Of a stretch of DNA of 64,000 bases, positions 49,361 through 58,656 are shown piece after piece. Each line of letters begins with the position of its first letter. Positions within the stretch are counted from its first letter, which is position 1. A program made the position numbers and the translations under genes. The stretch covers positions 161,302 through 225,301 of the forward strand of contig CAVWBU010000035.1 in the NCBI GenBank assembly GCA_963753345.1. The letters are read 5' to 3'. The stretch comes from an uncultured Fibrobacterota bacterium. GTDB lineage: Bacteria; Fibrobacterota; Chitinivibrionia; Chitinivibrionales; FEN-1185. The notes beneath the pieces were generated by a model. That model did no database searches. It was not told the origin of the DNA and saw only the letters and a program-made list of their open reading frames with translations.

Positions 49361-50905
49361 TTACAACGTAAGAGAAGCGTCTCGTGCCGCCGGCTGCAGG
49401 CCCGCGGCATGCACCAACGGCAGGAAGAAACTGAATTTGGTCCCTTTGCCGGGGGTCGATTCGCACCAGATCTTGCCGTTGTGGGCTTCGATGATTCCCT
49501 TGGCAATCGCAAGGCCGAGGCCGCTGCCGCGGTTGCGGAGCGAGGCCTGGGTTTTCCCCCGGTAGAATTTTTCAAAGATCCTGCTGGCGTCGTCCGGGTC
49601 TATCCCGGGACCGAAATCCCTCACGCTGGCCGCGACGCCGTCTTCTTTTAGGTAGGCGGTCACGACAATTTCCCGCGCTTCACCTGCATATTTGACCGCG
49701 TTATCGATCAAATTGTACATGACCCGGAGAATTTTTCCTTCATCGGCCATGATGTCCGGCATGGCCGGCGGCAGGTCCACGATGATCTCTCTGAGCCCGG
49801 ACACCGGGAACGATTCAACGGCCGAGCGGATGAGGTTCCCAAGATTTACGGGCGTTCGCTGCAGCGAGATGCTGCCCGATTCGATCTTGGAAATGTCCAG
49901 GTATTCCTCGACAAGCGACGAAAGCCGTTTGCCTTCGGATTCGATGATGTCGAGATACTTCTTCTGCTGCTCGCCAGAAAGGGGGAGCGACCGGATGGTT
50001 TTTGCAAATCCGATGATGGAGGTGAGCGGCGTGCGGAGTTCGTGAGACACCATTGAGACGAAATCAGACTTGAGACCATCGAGCTCGCGCAGCTTCTTGT
50101 TTGAACGCTCCAACTGGAGCTGCTTTTCGTGCAGGTCTCTGTTGCTATTTGTCAATGCTTCGGTCGCACGGTCGATTTCCTGCTGCATGGACGACGTGAG
50201 CACCTGGAGCCGGGAAGCCATATTGTTGAACGCGGCGGCAAGTTTCCCCACAACGTCGTGCGATCCGGTTTTCACCCGTTGCGAGAAATCGCCCATGGCC
50301 ATTTTGTCGGATACGGCGCGCAGCTCCACAAGGGGTTTTTGCAGAAGCCCGGAAATAAACCACGCGACGAGCAGGATGATGAAGATCTCCACGAAATCGA
50401 TGGCGACTTCCCATACAAGCGTCGCCCCGATATCGCCGTACGCCCTTTCGAGCGAGTACCTGACCTGAAGCGCGCGCGGTCCTTTTCCGCCCAGCATCTT
50501 TCCGTGCACCGGAAACGAGGTGAGAAAGGTCCGTCCCCGCAGTTTCGACGCCGTGAGGCGCTCAACCGAGGGATGTATTCTTCCCACGAGGGTGGGGTCG
50601 GAGGACGCAAGCACCGTGTTCTCGCTGTCGAGAACCGACGCTTCCTTTATCTGGCGTTGACTTGTTGCGAAACTGAGGATTTCAATCAGCCTGGCGTGGT
50701 CATGGTCGAGGAGCGCGTCGGTGACGTCGGAGGCCAGAAACCTGCCTTCCGTGGTTATGGCGTCTATTTCCCGCTGGAAGGCAAAATTCCGTACCGCAAC
50801 GATCTCGTTTGCCGACAATATCACGAACATCGGGATGTTCACAATGAGCAGCCCCCACAACAGGCGCGAGCGGTAGCTCATCGAAGAAAGTCGCTTGAGG
50901 TTCAT
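49361..50905 (-). CDS. Membrane HAMP sensor histidine kinase
   Basis: Two TMs, HAMP, SHELRTPL H-box, NLIDNAVKY, DFGPGI, GSGLGL. Confidence 0.93.
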   Translation of the reverse strand: MNLKRLSSMSYRSRLLWGLLIVNIPMFVILSANEIVAVRNFAFQREIDAITTEGRFLASDVTDALLDHDHARLIEILSFATSQRQIKEASVLDSENTVLASSDPTLVGRIHPSVERLTASKLRGRTFLTSFPVHGKMLGGKGPRALQVRYSLERAYGDIGATLVWEVAIDFVEIFIILLVAWFISGLLQKPLVELRAVSDKMAMGDFSQRVKTGSHDVVGKLAAAFNNMASRLQVLTSSMQQEIDRATEALTNSNRDLHEKQLQLERSNKKLRELDGLKSDFVSMVSHELRTPLTSIIGFAKTIRSLPLSGEQQKKYLDIIESEGKRLSSLVEEYLDISKIESGSISLQRTPVNLGNLIRSAVESFPVSGLREIIVDLPPAMPDIMADEGKILRVMYNLIDNAVKYAGEAREIVVTAYLKEDGVAASVRDFGPGIDPDDASRIFEKFYRGKTQASLRNRGSGLGLAIAKGIIEAHNGKIWCESTPGKGTKFSFFLPLVHAAGLQPAARDASLTL

Positions 50906-50996
50906 GGGGCACCGCATTCTTTTATCAGACTTCGGCAAAGCCCCCGCGCGTTACACGACGCATCAGCATAAAGGCGCCGGCGACGCGAGTGCGGTT

Positions 50997-51974
50997 CTAG
51001 CGTTGAAGGTTCTTGTAAACGTTCCAGGTGTCGGCAACCAGCGTTTCGCAATCGCTGTGCGCCGGATGCCAGCCGAGGACGCCGGCCGCTTTCTTCGAGG
51101 ATGCGATGACGACCGCGGAATCACCGGGCCGCCGCGGGGCCGGCCTTGCCTCAATCGGCCTGCCCGTGATGCGGCGTGCGACATCGATCATGGTTGCAAC
51201 GCTGATGCCGTTTTCGCTGCCCAAATTCACGGTGATGCTTTCGTTGCGTTTCGCGACATAATCGAGGGCGCGCAGGTGGCCGTCCGCGAGGTCGCTCACG
51301 TGAATGTAATCGCGTATGCCGGTTCCGTCCGAAGTGTCCCAGTCGCTGCCGAAAATGGAAAGAAACGGCCGTGTTCCCGCCGCGGTTTCCATGATGATGG
51401 GGAGCAGGTTCTGCGGGTTTTTCTCCAGCCCGCGTATTCTGCCGGCTGGGTCGTATCCGGCCGCGTTGAAATATCTGAGCGCGGCGAAGCGGATTCCGCG
51501 CAGCCGTTCGTACCAGGAAAGCAGCCGCTCGATTTCCAGTTTTGTAAACCCGTAGAAGTTGATGGGCTCGGTGGGATGGCCTTCGTCCATGGGGATGCGG
51601 ACGGGCACGCCGTACACGGCCGCGGATGACGAAAAAACGATCCGCGGAATGCCTGCTTCGCTTGCCGCGTTGAGAATGTTGACGGTCCCGCAGATGTTGT
51701 TGACCGAATATTTTTCAGGCGCGGTCATGGATTCGCCCGCGGCCTTGAGCGCGGCCAGGTGAACGACTGCCTCGAACCCTTTGCGGGCCGTTTCCAGGAG
51801 GAGCGGATAGGCGAGGATGTCTCCCTGCACGAATGCGGCCTCGCCAAAGAGGTTTTCGCGGCGCCCCGTGGACAGGTTGTCGAACACCGTGACTATGTCG
51901 CCTCTGTCAAGAAGTGCGCGAACGACATGGCTGCCGATATAACCCGCCCCGCCGACAACGAGAATGCTGCTCAT
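50997..51974 (-). CDS. galE: UDP-glucose 4-epimerase
   Basis: GGAGYIGSH, DNLSTG, FSSSAAVYG, YGFTK, LRYFNAAG, RDYIHVSDLA. Confidence 0.93.
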   Translation of the reverse strand: MSSILVVGGAGYIGSHVVRALLDRGDIVTVFDNLSTGRRENLFGEAAFVQGDILAYPLLLETARKGFEAVVHLAALKAAGESMTAPEKYSVNNICGTVNILNAASEAGIPRIVFSSSAAVYGVPVRIPMDEGHPTEPINFYGFTKLEIERLLSWYERLRGIRFAALRYFNAAGYDPAGRIRGLEKNPQNLLPIIMETAAGTRPFLSIFGSDWDTSDGTGIRDYIHVSDLADGHLRALDYVAKRNESITVNLGSENGISVATMIDVARRITGRPIEARPAPRRPGDSAVVIASSKKAAGVLGWHPAHSDCETLVADTWNVYKNLQR

Positions 51975-51984
51975 AGGGTTTTGT

Positions 51985-53478
51985 CTACTGCTGCTTTTTT
52001 TGGAGCGCGAGCTTGAGCGCCTCGCCGAACTCGGTGTCGGCGGGTCCGCTTTTCTGCTGTTTCTGTGCCGAGATATACTGTTTGACTTCGGCCGCATCCC
52101 GGCGCTCGTCCGCTTTGCCGCAGGAAAGGGAAATCCTGCGGCGCTCAGGGTCGACCGATTCGACGGTGACGTCGAGCGGCGCGCCGACCTTTATGGATTC
52201 TTTTTTCTCCTGCGCAATATTGCCGAACGGCAAAAGTCCGGTTATTCCCTCGGCAAGGTTGACAAAAAAGCCGAACTTGGTGTTCTGCTCCACGGTTCCC
52301 TGCACCGCGGAGCCGGCCGCGAACCTCTCTTCGATGCCGTTCCACGGGTCGTTTGCCGCGTCCTTGAGGGAGCAGGAAATTTCCCGTTTGTCCTGGTCGA
52401 CCCGGAGAATGGTCACCATCACTTCCTGGCCCTCGGCCACGACGTCGCCCGGGTGCCGGATCCTCTTTTCCCAGCTCATTTCCGAAATGTGAATAAGGCC
52501 CTCCACGCCCGGGATAAGCTGGACAAATGCGCCGAAATTGGCGAGCCTGGTTATTTTCCCCTGTACGGTCTGGCCGGGCGCGAACACGGTTGCCACCGTT
52601 GTCCACGGGTTTGCATAGATCTGTTTGATGGACAGCGATATCTTGGACTGGCGCAGCGGCTCCCTGCGTTCGATGCCGAGCACCACGCAGTCCACCTTCT
52701 GCCCGGGCTCAAACGTCTGGGAAAGGTCCTGCGAGCGTTCCCAGGACACTTCCGATATGTGAACAAGCCCCTCGAACCCGCCGAGGTCCACGAACAGGCC
52801 GTACGGCATGATGCGGCTGATGGTGCCCGGCACAACGGTTTTCGCTTCCATGGATGATGCAAGACGGTCGAGGATTTCCCCCATGTCGGCTTCGAGCAGC
52901 GGCAGGCGCGACACCACGATGTTGCGCCCGCCCTCGGTGACGCGCGCGATCACGAACGTGAGCGATTTGTTGAGAAACACGTTCGGGTCTTCAACGCGCT
53001 TGAGGTCCATCTGCGAAATAGGGCAGAATGCCTTCTGGCCCATAACTTTCACATTGAAGCCGCCTTTGTTGATCCCGGTGACTTTCCCTTCAACGGGAAT
53101 TTTGGATTTCATGGCATCGATGATGTCGCTCATTGACGAATCGTTGCCGGCGGCTTTCGAAGAAAGCTTCTTGGACAGGGTGATGCCGTTCTTGAGCGAC
53201 ACGACATATCCTTCGAACACGTCCCCGGCGGCGACGGAACAGGTTCCGTCTTCTTTTGTCAATTCGGACACTTCAACGACCGCCTCGTTCTTGCCGCCGA
53301 TTTCCACAAACGCGTATTGGTCGGAGACCTTGAGGATCTTGCCTGAAACCTTGGAACCCACTTCAAGGTTTGCCGCCACGGGCTTGTCGTAGGTGCCGAG
53401 CATGGTGATTAATTCCTTTTCCGCTTTTGTCTCTGAGTTTTCTTCGTCAAAAAAGCCGTCGTGTTTCTTGGTGTGCAT
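51985..53478 (-). CDS. S1 RNA-binding repeat protein (ribosomal protein S1-like, about five S1 domains)
   Basis: Repeated GLFVDLGG.EGLVHISEVSW / GAFVQL..GVEGLIHISEMSW and ISLS motifs; possibly an rpsA paralogue. Confidence 0.85.
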   Translation of the reverse strand: MHTKKHDGFFDEENSETKAEKELITMLGTYDKPVAANLEVGSKVSGKILKVSDQYAFVEIGGKNEAVVEVSELTKEDGTCSVAAGDVFEGYVVSLKNGITLSKKLSSKAAGNDSSMSDIIDAMKSKIPVEGKVTGINKGGFNVKVMGQKAFCPISQMDLKRVEDPNVFLNKSLTFVIARVTEGGRNIVVSRLPLLEADMGEILDRLASSMEAKTVVPGTISRIMPYGLFVDLGGFEGLVHISEVSWERSQDLSQTFEPGQKVDCVVLGIERREPLRQSKISLSIKQIYANPWTTVATVFAPGQTVQGKITRLANFGAFVQLIPGVEGLIHISEMSWEKRIRHPGDVVAEGQEVMVTILRVDQDKREISCSLKDAANDPWNGIEERFAAGSAVQGTVEQNTKFGFFVNLAEGITGLLPFGNIAQEKKESIKVGAPLDVTVESVDPERRRISLSCGKADERRDAAEVKQYISAQKQQKSGPADTEFGEALKLALQKKQQ

Positions 53479-53647
53479 GATAACTCCAGTACTGTCCTAA
53501 AGGAATTGCCGCTGCCGATGCAAGGGTAATCGCAGGACTGACAAAAATATCTCATTCCTGCCGGGCAAGCAAAGGGGGAGGGGAAAAAGGCGGCGAAATT
53601 GAAATGGTCTTGTTTTGACGGGTACTTGTACGATGGTTCTGCCGTTA

Positions 53648-53676
53648 TTGACTAAAACGCCATGAGATAGTATTAT
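53648..53676 (+). promoter_or_regulatory. sigma70 promoter of the diguanylate cyclase
   Basis: TTGACT, 17 bp, TATTAT; aggaga RBS downstream. Confidence 0.6.
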
Positions 53677-53704
53677 CTAATACAAACGGGAGGCAGGAGA
53701 GGCC

Positions 53705-54769
53705 TTGAATATGATCGAGAGCCCCATAGAACAGCACAGGAAGCAGGTATTGCTCCGGCTCTTTTTTCTGCTGTGCCTCACCATTCACCTCCTGCTGCTC
53801 GGTTTTTTCTTTGTTCTTCATTTACGGGTCCTCTGGATTTCCAACATATTCATTTGCGGCCTCTATATTTTCAATTTCTATCTTCTGAAAAGAAAACACT
53901 ACGTATTGCCGCTGCAGCTTGCTATTCTTGAGATCGTACTCCACTCCACTATCGCCACATTTCTTCTGGGCTGGACCAGTTATTTCGGACTGTATCTCAT
54001 TGCAGCCGTCATAATCGTATTCAGCTCGTATTCCATAAAATTGAAATTGAAAATTCTGGAGGTGACTTGTATCTCCGTCTGTTTTATCATGGTATTCATT
54101 CTGACCCGAAAAGGTTTTTTCATTTTTCCAATCGCCCCCGACATCCTCGATGGACTCGGATTGTTCAACATGGTGTCGGTAATGGCCTCGATTCTATTCC
54201 TATCGCTCCAAACCGTCAGGGAAAACGACCTGTTGAGAAAACGGCTGGAAGAAATGTCGGAGATTGACGAACTGACCGGCGCCTATAACCGGCGGTTCTT
54301 CAACAGGTACCTCGATATAGAAATCAAACGCAATGCGAGCCATATCAAATACCGGTCGCCGTTGGAGACAAATTTCGGTCTGGCGATGCTGGATCTTGAC
54401 AACTTCAAGGAAATCAACGATACCTATGGACACCTGGCGGGCGACACCGTCCTTGCAGAGGTGTCCCGCATCATAAAAACATCGATGTTCGCGCGGGATA
54501 TTTTATGCCGTTACGGCGGTGAGGAATTTGTGATCCTCTTTACCGTTACGCCCAGGGAAGGGGCGATCTTTGCCGTTGAAAAGATCCGGAAGCTCGTTGA
54601 GGAATTGCGGATTCAATTGGAAAAAACGGGCCCGGCGGTCGGCATAACCATCAGCGCCGGATTCGCCAGCTTTGATGAGGCATCCGACATTTACAAGCTC
54701 CTGGCACTGGCGGACGATCGACTGTATAAGGCAAAAAGAAAGGGAAAGAATCGGGTGGTCAGTAAGTGA
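53705..54769 (+). CDS. Membrane-anchored diguanylate cyclase (GGEEF)
   Basis: About six TMs, DELTGAYNRR, DLDNFKEINDTYGHLAGD, RYGGEEF, LYKAK; I-site reads FARD, not RxxD. Confidence 0.92.
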   Translation: MNMIESPIEQHRKQVLLRLFFLLCLTIHLLLLGFFFVLHLRVLWISNIFICGLYIFNFYLLKRKHYVLPLQLAILEIVLHSTIATFLLGWTSYFGLYLIAAVIIVFSSYSIKLKLKILEVTCISVCFIMVFILTRKGFFIFPIAPDILDGLGLFNMVSVMASILFLSLQTVRENDLLRKRLEEMSEIDELTGAYNRRFFNRYLDIEIKRNASHIKYRSPLETNFGLAMLDLDNFKEINDTYGHLAGDTVLAEVSRIIKTSMFARDILCRYGGEEFVILFTVTPREGAIFAVEKIRKLVEELRIQLEKTGPAVGITISAGFASFDEASDIYKLLALADDRLYKAKRKGKNRVVSK

Positions 54770-54866
54770 TCCGGTCGGCAAAAGGTATGATAGTATTTCG
54801 CATCCCTTGTTGCTGATTGTTCGATTCTTTCATCACCCGTGCAAATCACCTTGCCTCTGCTCTGCG

Positions 54867-55733
54867 CTAGCTTCTTCCCACCCGCTCCATGAGTTCCGCA
54901 ACCTTCTTGGCGTCCACGTTGCGCTCAAACAAAGGCCGCCTGTCTTCTTTGTACGCGCCGCACGCCTCCTCAAACGGCGTTTTCCCGGCGTTGACATAAA
55001 AGACTCCGAGCGGATACTTGTCCGTCTTGATGGCAAGTTCAAACGCCTTCACACGGTTGGAAGTTTCATGCGTTTCGTCAAGATAATAGGTGTTGTCCTT
55101 GAACCACTTGAACGTGTTCACCTTGTTGTAGGTGACGCAGGGCTGGAATATGTCAACCAGCGCATAGCCTTTGTGAAGGATTGCCTTCTTGAGGATTTCC
55201 ACGGTCTGCGGAATGTCGCCCGCGAACGCGCGCGCCACAAACGAGGCGTCGAGTGCCAGCGCCACGGCAAGCGGGTTGAACGGCTCGAGTGTCACGCCGT
55301 CAACCTGCACCGGCGTCACGAACCCGCGTTTTGACGTGGGCGAGGCCTGGCCCTTGGTGAGGCCGTACACCATGTTGTCGTGCACGAGGTGCGCGATGTC
55401 GGGGTTCCTTCGCACGGTATGGATAAAGTGATTGCCGCCTTCGCCGTACATGTCGCCGTCGCCGCCTTCGGCGATCACTGTGAGCAACGGGTTGGACGCC
55501 TTGATCGCCGTAGCTGCGGGCAGCGCCCTGCCGTGCAGTCCGTTGAACATGTTGGTGTTGAAATAATGCGGCGTCTTGGGCGCCTGGCCTATGCCGCAGG
55601 CAACCACAAGGTTCTGCGGGGTTATGCCGAGCTGTGCCACGGCCTGCTTGATCGCGTCGAGGATGGAGTAATTGCCGCAGCCCGGGCACCAGGCGATATC
55701 GACACCGGGTTTGTCAAATGCGGAAGGGTCCAT
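54867..55733 (-). CDS. 2-oxoacid:ferredoxin oxidoreductase beta subunit
   Basis: WCPGCGN, LHGRALP, TPP motif [27 protein letters not shown]. Confidence 0.93.
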   Translation of the reverse strand: MDPSAFDKPGVDIAWCPGCGNYSILDAIKQAVAQLGITPQNLVVACGIGQAPKTPHYFNTNMFNGLHGRALPAATAIKASNPLLTVIAEGGDGDMYGEGGNHFIHTVRRNPDIAHLVHDNMVYGLTKGQASPTSKRGFVTPVQVDGVTLEPFNPLAVALALDASFVARAFAGDIPQTVEILKKAILHKGYALVDIFQPCVTYNKVNTFKWFKDNTYYLDETHETSNRVKAFELAIKTDKYPLGVFYVNAGKTPFEEACGAYKEDRRPLFERNVDAKKVAELMERVGRS

Positions 55734-55756
55734 ATATTATTCCTTTGGAGAAAAGG

Positions 55757-55914
55757 GTTGAAGGTTGAGAGTTGAAAGTTGAAAGGTAGATCCAAGAATG
55801 ATGGGTTTCTTTGTTCCGGAGAACGTCCCCGCCCTTTGCTTTGCGAAACCCTTTTTCATATCATCAACCGGAGATTGGCATGAACTTTCAACTCTCAACT
55901 CTCAACTTTAAACT
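55757..55914. repeat. Two facing heptamer arrays (RGTTGAR) around a ~90 bp spacer
   Basis: ggttgaa ggttgag agttgaa agttgaa (55757-55784) and inverted tttcaac tctcaac tctcaac tttaaac (55886-55913). Confidence 0.8.
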
Positions 55915-57630
55915 TTATCCAATCGCTTTCCCAATCTTCTCCACCAGCTCCTCCACCGAAAACGGCATGCCGTTGTACTTGAGGATCTTCTCGTGCGTGT
56001 CGCAGCCGAGCGAGACCTTGAGAAGCCTGGCAAGCTGGCCGGTGGCGTTGTTCTCCACGACGATCACCTTCTTTGCCTTTGTCAAGGCAACGTCGACCAT
56101 GGGGTGCAGCGGATGCACCTGCGCAATGTGCAGCATGGCGGTGTCGGGCCACCCGAGCCTGATGAGCGCCTCGCGCACCGCATAATAATTGGATCCCCAG
56201 CACACCACGAGGTTCGTAAGCGAGTCGGGGCCCACGAACCGGGGCGGCATGATGTCGTCGGCGTCGTAGTCCACTTTGCCAAGCCGTTTGTTCACCATGC
56301 GGGTGCGCAGGTCCAGGTCTTCGGTGATGTAGCCATCCTCCGTATGCTCGTCGCTGTCGACGCACACGATGCCGTCGCCATGGCCCGGAATTCCCCGTGG
56401 AGAAACGCCGGTTGTGGTGAGGGCATAGCGTTTGTAATCCTTGCCGGTTGTGACAAGATGTTTCTGGACCGTATTTTTCGAAATGTCAAACAACGGCATG
56501 CCAGCGCACGAATCGAGGAAGTACTGGTCGGTGAGCACGAACGCCGGTATCTGGTATTTGTCCGCAACCGTAAACGCGCGCTGCATCGCCTCGATGGCCG
56601 TGGCGAGCGTGCCGGGTGCGAACACCGCGCGCGGGAATTCGCCGTGGCCTGCGTACAAGACGAGATCAAGGTCGGCCTGCTCGGTGCGCGTGGGAAGGCC
56701 GGTGGCAGGTCCGGGCCGCTGGCCCACATGGACAACCACCGGCGTTTCGAGCATGCCGCTCAGGCTTATCCCTTCGGTCATGAGCGCGAAGCCGCCGCCC
56801 GAGGTCGTGACGAGCGCCCTGCCTCCCGCGTACCAGGCGCCCAGGGCCATGTTGACAGCCGCGATTTCATCCTCGGCCTGTTCGACGATGATGCCGAACT
56901 CGTTCTTGTGCTGGGCAAGGAACGTCAATACGTTCGTGGACGGCGACATGGGGTACGACGACACGAAGTCGCACCCTGCCGAAAGCGCGCCAAGGCTTAT
57001 TGCGTCGGAACCGGCAAGGAACAATTCGTCCTTGACGGATGGGTCTTTGGCGACGGCGATTGAAACAGCGCCGCGCTTCACCAGCGCCTCGCCGAGCTCA
57101 AAGCCGCGGCCGGCCGCGAGCGCGTTTTTTTCTGCAATGTCCGGTTTCTTGGCCCCGAAAAACCGTTTGATATACTCGGTGACGAGGTCGGCAGGGATGC
57201 CGAACAGCGCGCACACCGCGCCGACGGCCACGGAGCTCGAGTAGATTTTGCCGCCCGCCTCGATCGCGGTCCGGCCGAAGGGAACGTCGACAACGGAAAG
57301 CGATGTGTCGAGCAGGTCCCGTTCGCCCACAATGAGCGTGTTCGGCGATATTCTCTTTTCGCAATGGCGCACTGCGGCCGCGTCGAGCGGCACCAGGATG
57401 TCGATCTTGTCGAGGTAGGTGGCGATCTTGAGCGACGACACCCGTATCTCCGTAGTGTTGCTGCCGCCCCGGATGCGCGACATGAATTCGCTGGTGCTGA
57501 ACACGTTATAGCCGGCAAGCCGCAAAATCCTGGGAATAAGCCGTTCTATGGTGCTGATCCCGAGGCCTGCAGGCCCGGCAAGCACAATGGATACATCATC
57601 GCGAAAGGCGGTGGCGGATGTCTCGTTCAT
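55915..57630 (-). CDS. 2-oxoacid:acceptor oxidoreductase alpha subunit (gamma-alpha fusion)
   Basis: SRIRGG, YPMSPS, QAEDEIAA, TTSGGGFALM.E, QRPGPATGLPT, DSDEH, VENN. Confidence 0.93.
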   Translation of the reverse strand: MNETSATAFRDDVSIVLAGPAGLGISTIERLIPRILRLAGYNVFSTSEFMSRIRGGSNTTEIRVSSLKIATYLDKIDILVPLDAAAVRHCEKRISPNTLIVGERDLLDTSLSVVDVPFGRTAIEAGGKIYSSSVAVGAVCALFGIPADLVTEYIKRFFGAKKPDIAEKNALAAGRGFELGEALVKRGAVSIAVAKDPSVKDELFLAGSDAISLGALSAGCDFVSSYPMSPSTNVLTFLAQHKNEFGIIVEQAEDEIAAVNMALGAWYAGGRALVTTSGGGFALMTEGISLSGMLETPVVVHVGQRPGPATGLPTRTEQADLDLVLYAGHGEFPRAVFAPGTLATAIEAMQRAFTVADKYQIPAFVLTDQYFLDSCAGMPLFDISKNTVQKHLVTTGKDYKRYALTTTGVSPRGIPGHGDGIVCVDSDEHTEDGYITEDLDLRTRMVNKRLGKVDYDADDIMPPRFVGPDSLTNLVVCWGSNYYAVREALIRLGWPDTAMLHIAQVHPLHPMVDVALTKAKKVIVVENNATGQLARLLKVSLGCDTHEKILKYNGMPFSVEELVEKIGKAIG

Positions 57631-57677
57631 GCCCGGCTCCCCATGTATTTTATTTCCAGCTACCACGAATGAAGATT

Positions 57678-57828
57678 CGTAGCTGTGCCTACGGCCGTGA
57701 TTTTAAGAGAAACCCCCGCCTATGGCGGGGGAGCTGGACGGCTACGTAACGGCACAGGTGCCGTTTCTTTTTTTCGCGGCCTATGGGCCGCTTCAAAAAA
57801 GCCACCACCTATGGCGGTGGTCGTTTAC
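57678..57828. mobile_element. IS200/IS605-like miniature element without transposase
   Basis: Hairpins aaacccccgcctatggcggggg, gcggcctatgggccgc and aagccaccacctatggcggtggtcgtttac share a CTAT loop; layout resembles IS200 subterminal palindromes. Confidence 0.6.
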
Positions 57829-57897
57829 TGCATACAACTGCGATCAAAATAAATTACGTTGTTCCGTGATGCGGGTTTAAGAAAAAGGAAGGCCGCC

Positions 57898-58656
57898 ATG
57901 ATTCCACTCGTGCTGCTCCGCCACGGCGAGAGCGTCTGGAACAGGGAGAACAGGTTTACGGGCTGGACCGATGTTGATTTATCGGAGAAGGGAAGGGACG
58001 AGGCGGCAATTGCGGCGCAGCGGCTCAAGGCGGGCGGGTTTTCTTTCGACGTCGCCTACACGTCGGTCCTCAAGCGCGCGGTCCGTACCCTGTGGATCGT
58101 GCTCGACGGGCTCGACCTCATGTGGATTCCCGTGCATGGGTCCTGGCGGCTCAACGAGCGCCATTACGGCGGCCTTCAGGGCCTTAACAAGGCGGAAATG
58201 GCGGCCCAGTACGGCGAGGAGCAGGTGCGCGTGTGGCGCCGAAGCTATGATGTTCGGCCGCCGGAGCTTGCCGATAGCGATCCCCGGTTTCCGGCGGCCG
58301 ATCCCCGGTACCGGGACCTTGACGGCCGCGATATTCCGAAAGCCGAGTGCCTCAAGGACACGGTTGCAAGGGTGATGCCGTACTGGACCGGGGAAATCGT
58401 GCCCGCAGTGGCCTCGGGAAGGCGCGTCATCATCGCCGCGCACGGCAACAGCCTCCGGGCGCTTGTCAAGCACCTTGACAACGTATCGGACGGCGACATC
58501 GTGTCGCTCAACATACCCACCGGCATACCGCTTGTCTACGAACTGGACGATGGGCTGCGGCCGCTGCGGCACTACTACCTCGCCGGGGCTGACGAACTGG
58601 AGCGGGCGATGAATGCGGTGAAGAACCAGGGAAAGGCGGCGAATCCGGGCGGTTAG
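57898..58656 (+). CDS. gpmA: 2,3-bisphosphoglycerate-dependent phosphoglycerate mutase
   Basis: [41 protein letters not shown]. Confidence 0.97.
   Translation: MIPLVLLRHGESVWNRENRFTGWTDVDLSEKGRDEAAIAAQRLKAGGFSFDVAYTSVLKRAVRTLWIVLDGLDLMWIPVHGSWRLNERHYGGLQGLNKAEMAAQYGEEQVRVWRRSYDVRPPELADSDPRFPAADPRYRDLDGRDIPKAECLKDTVARVMPYWTGEIVPAVASGRRVIIAAHGNSLRALVKHLDNVSDGDIVSLNIPTGIPLVYELDDGLRPLRHYYLAGADELERAMNAVKNQGKAANPGG

Noticed and set aside
24952-53527. 14 bp identity tgccgatgcaaggg upstream of hisC and of the S1 gene
   Set aside because: Short enough to be expected by chance in 64 kb, with no extended similarity.
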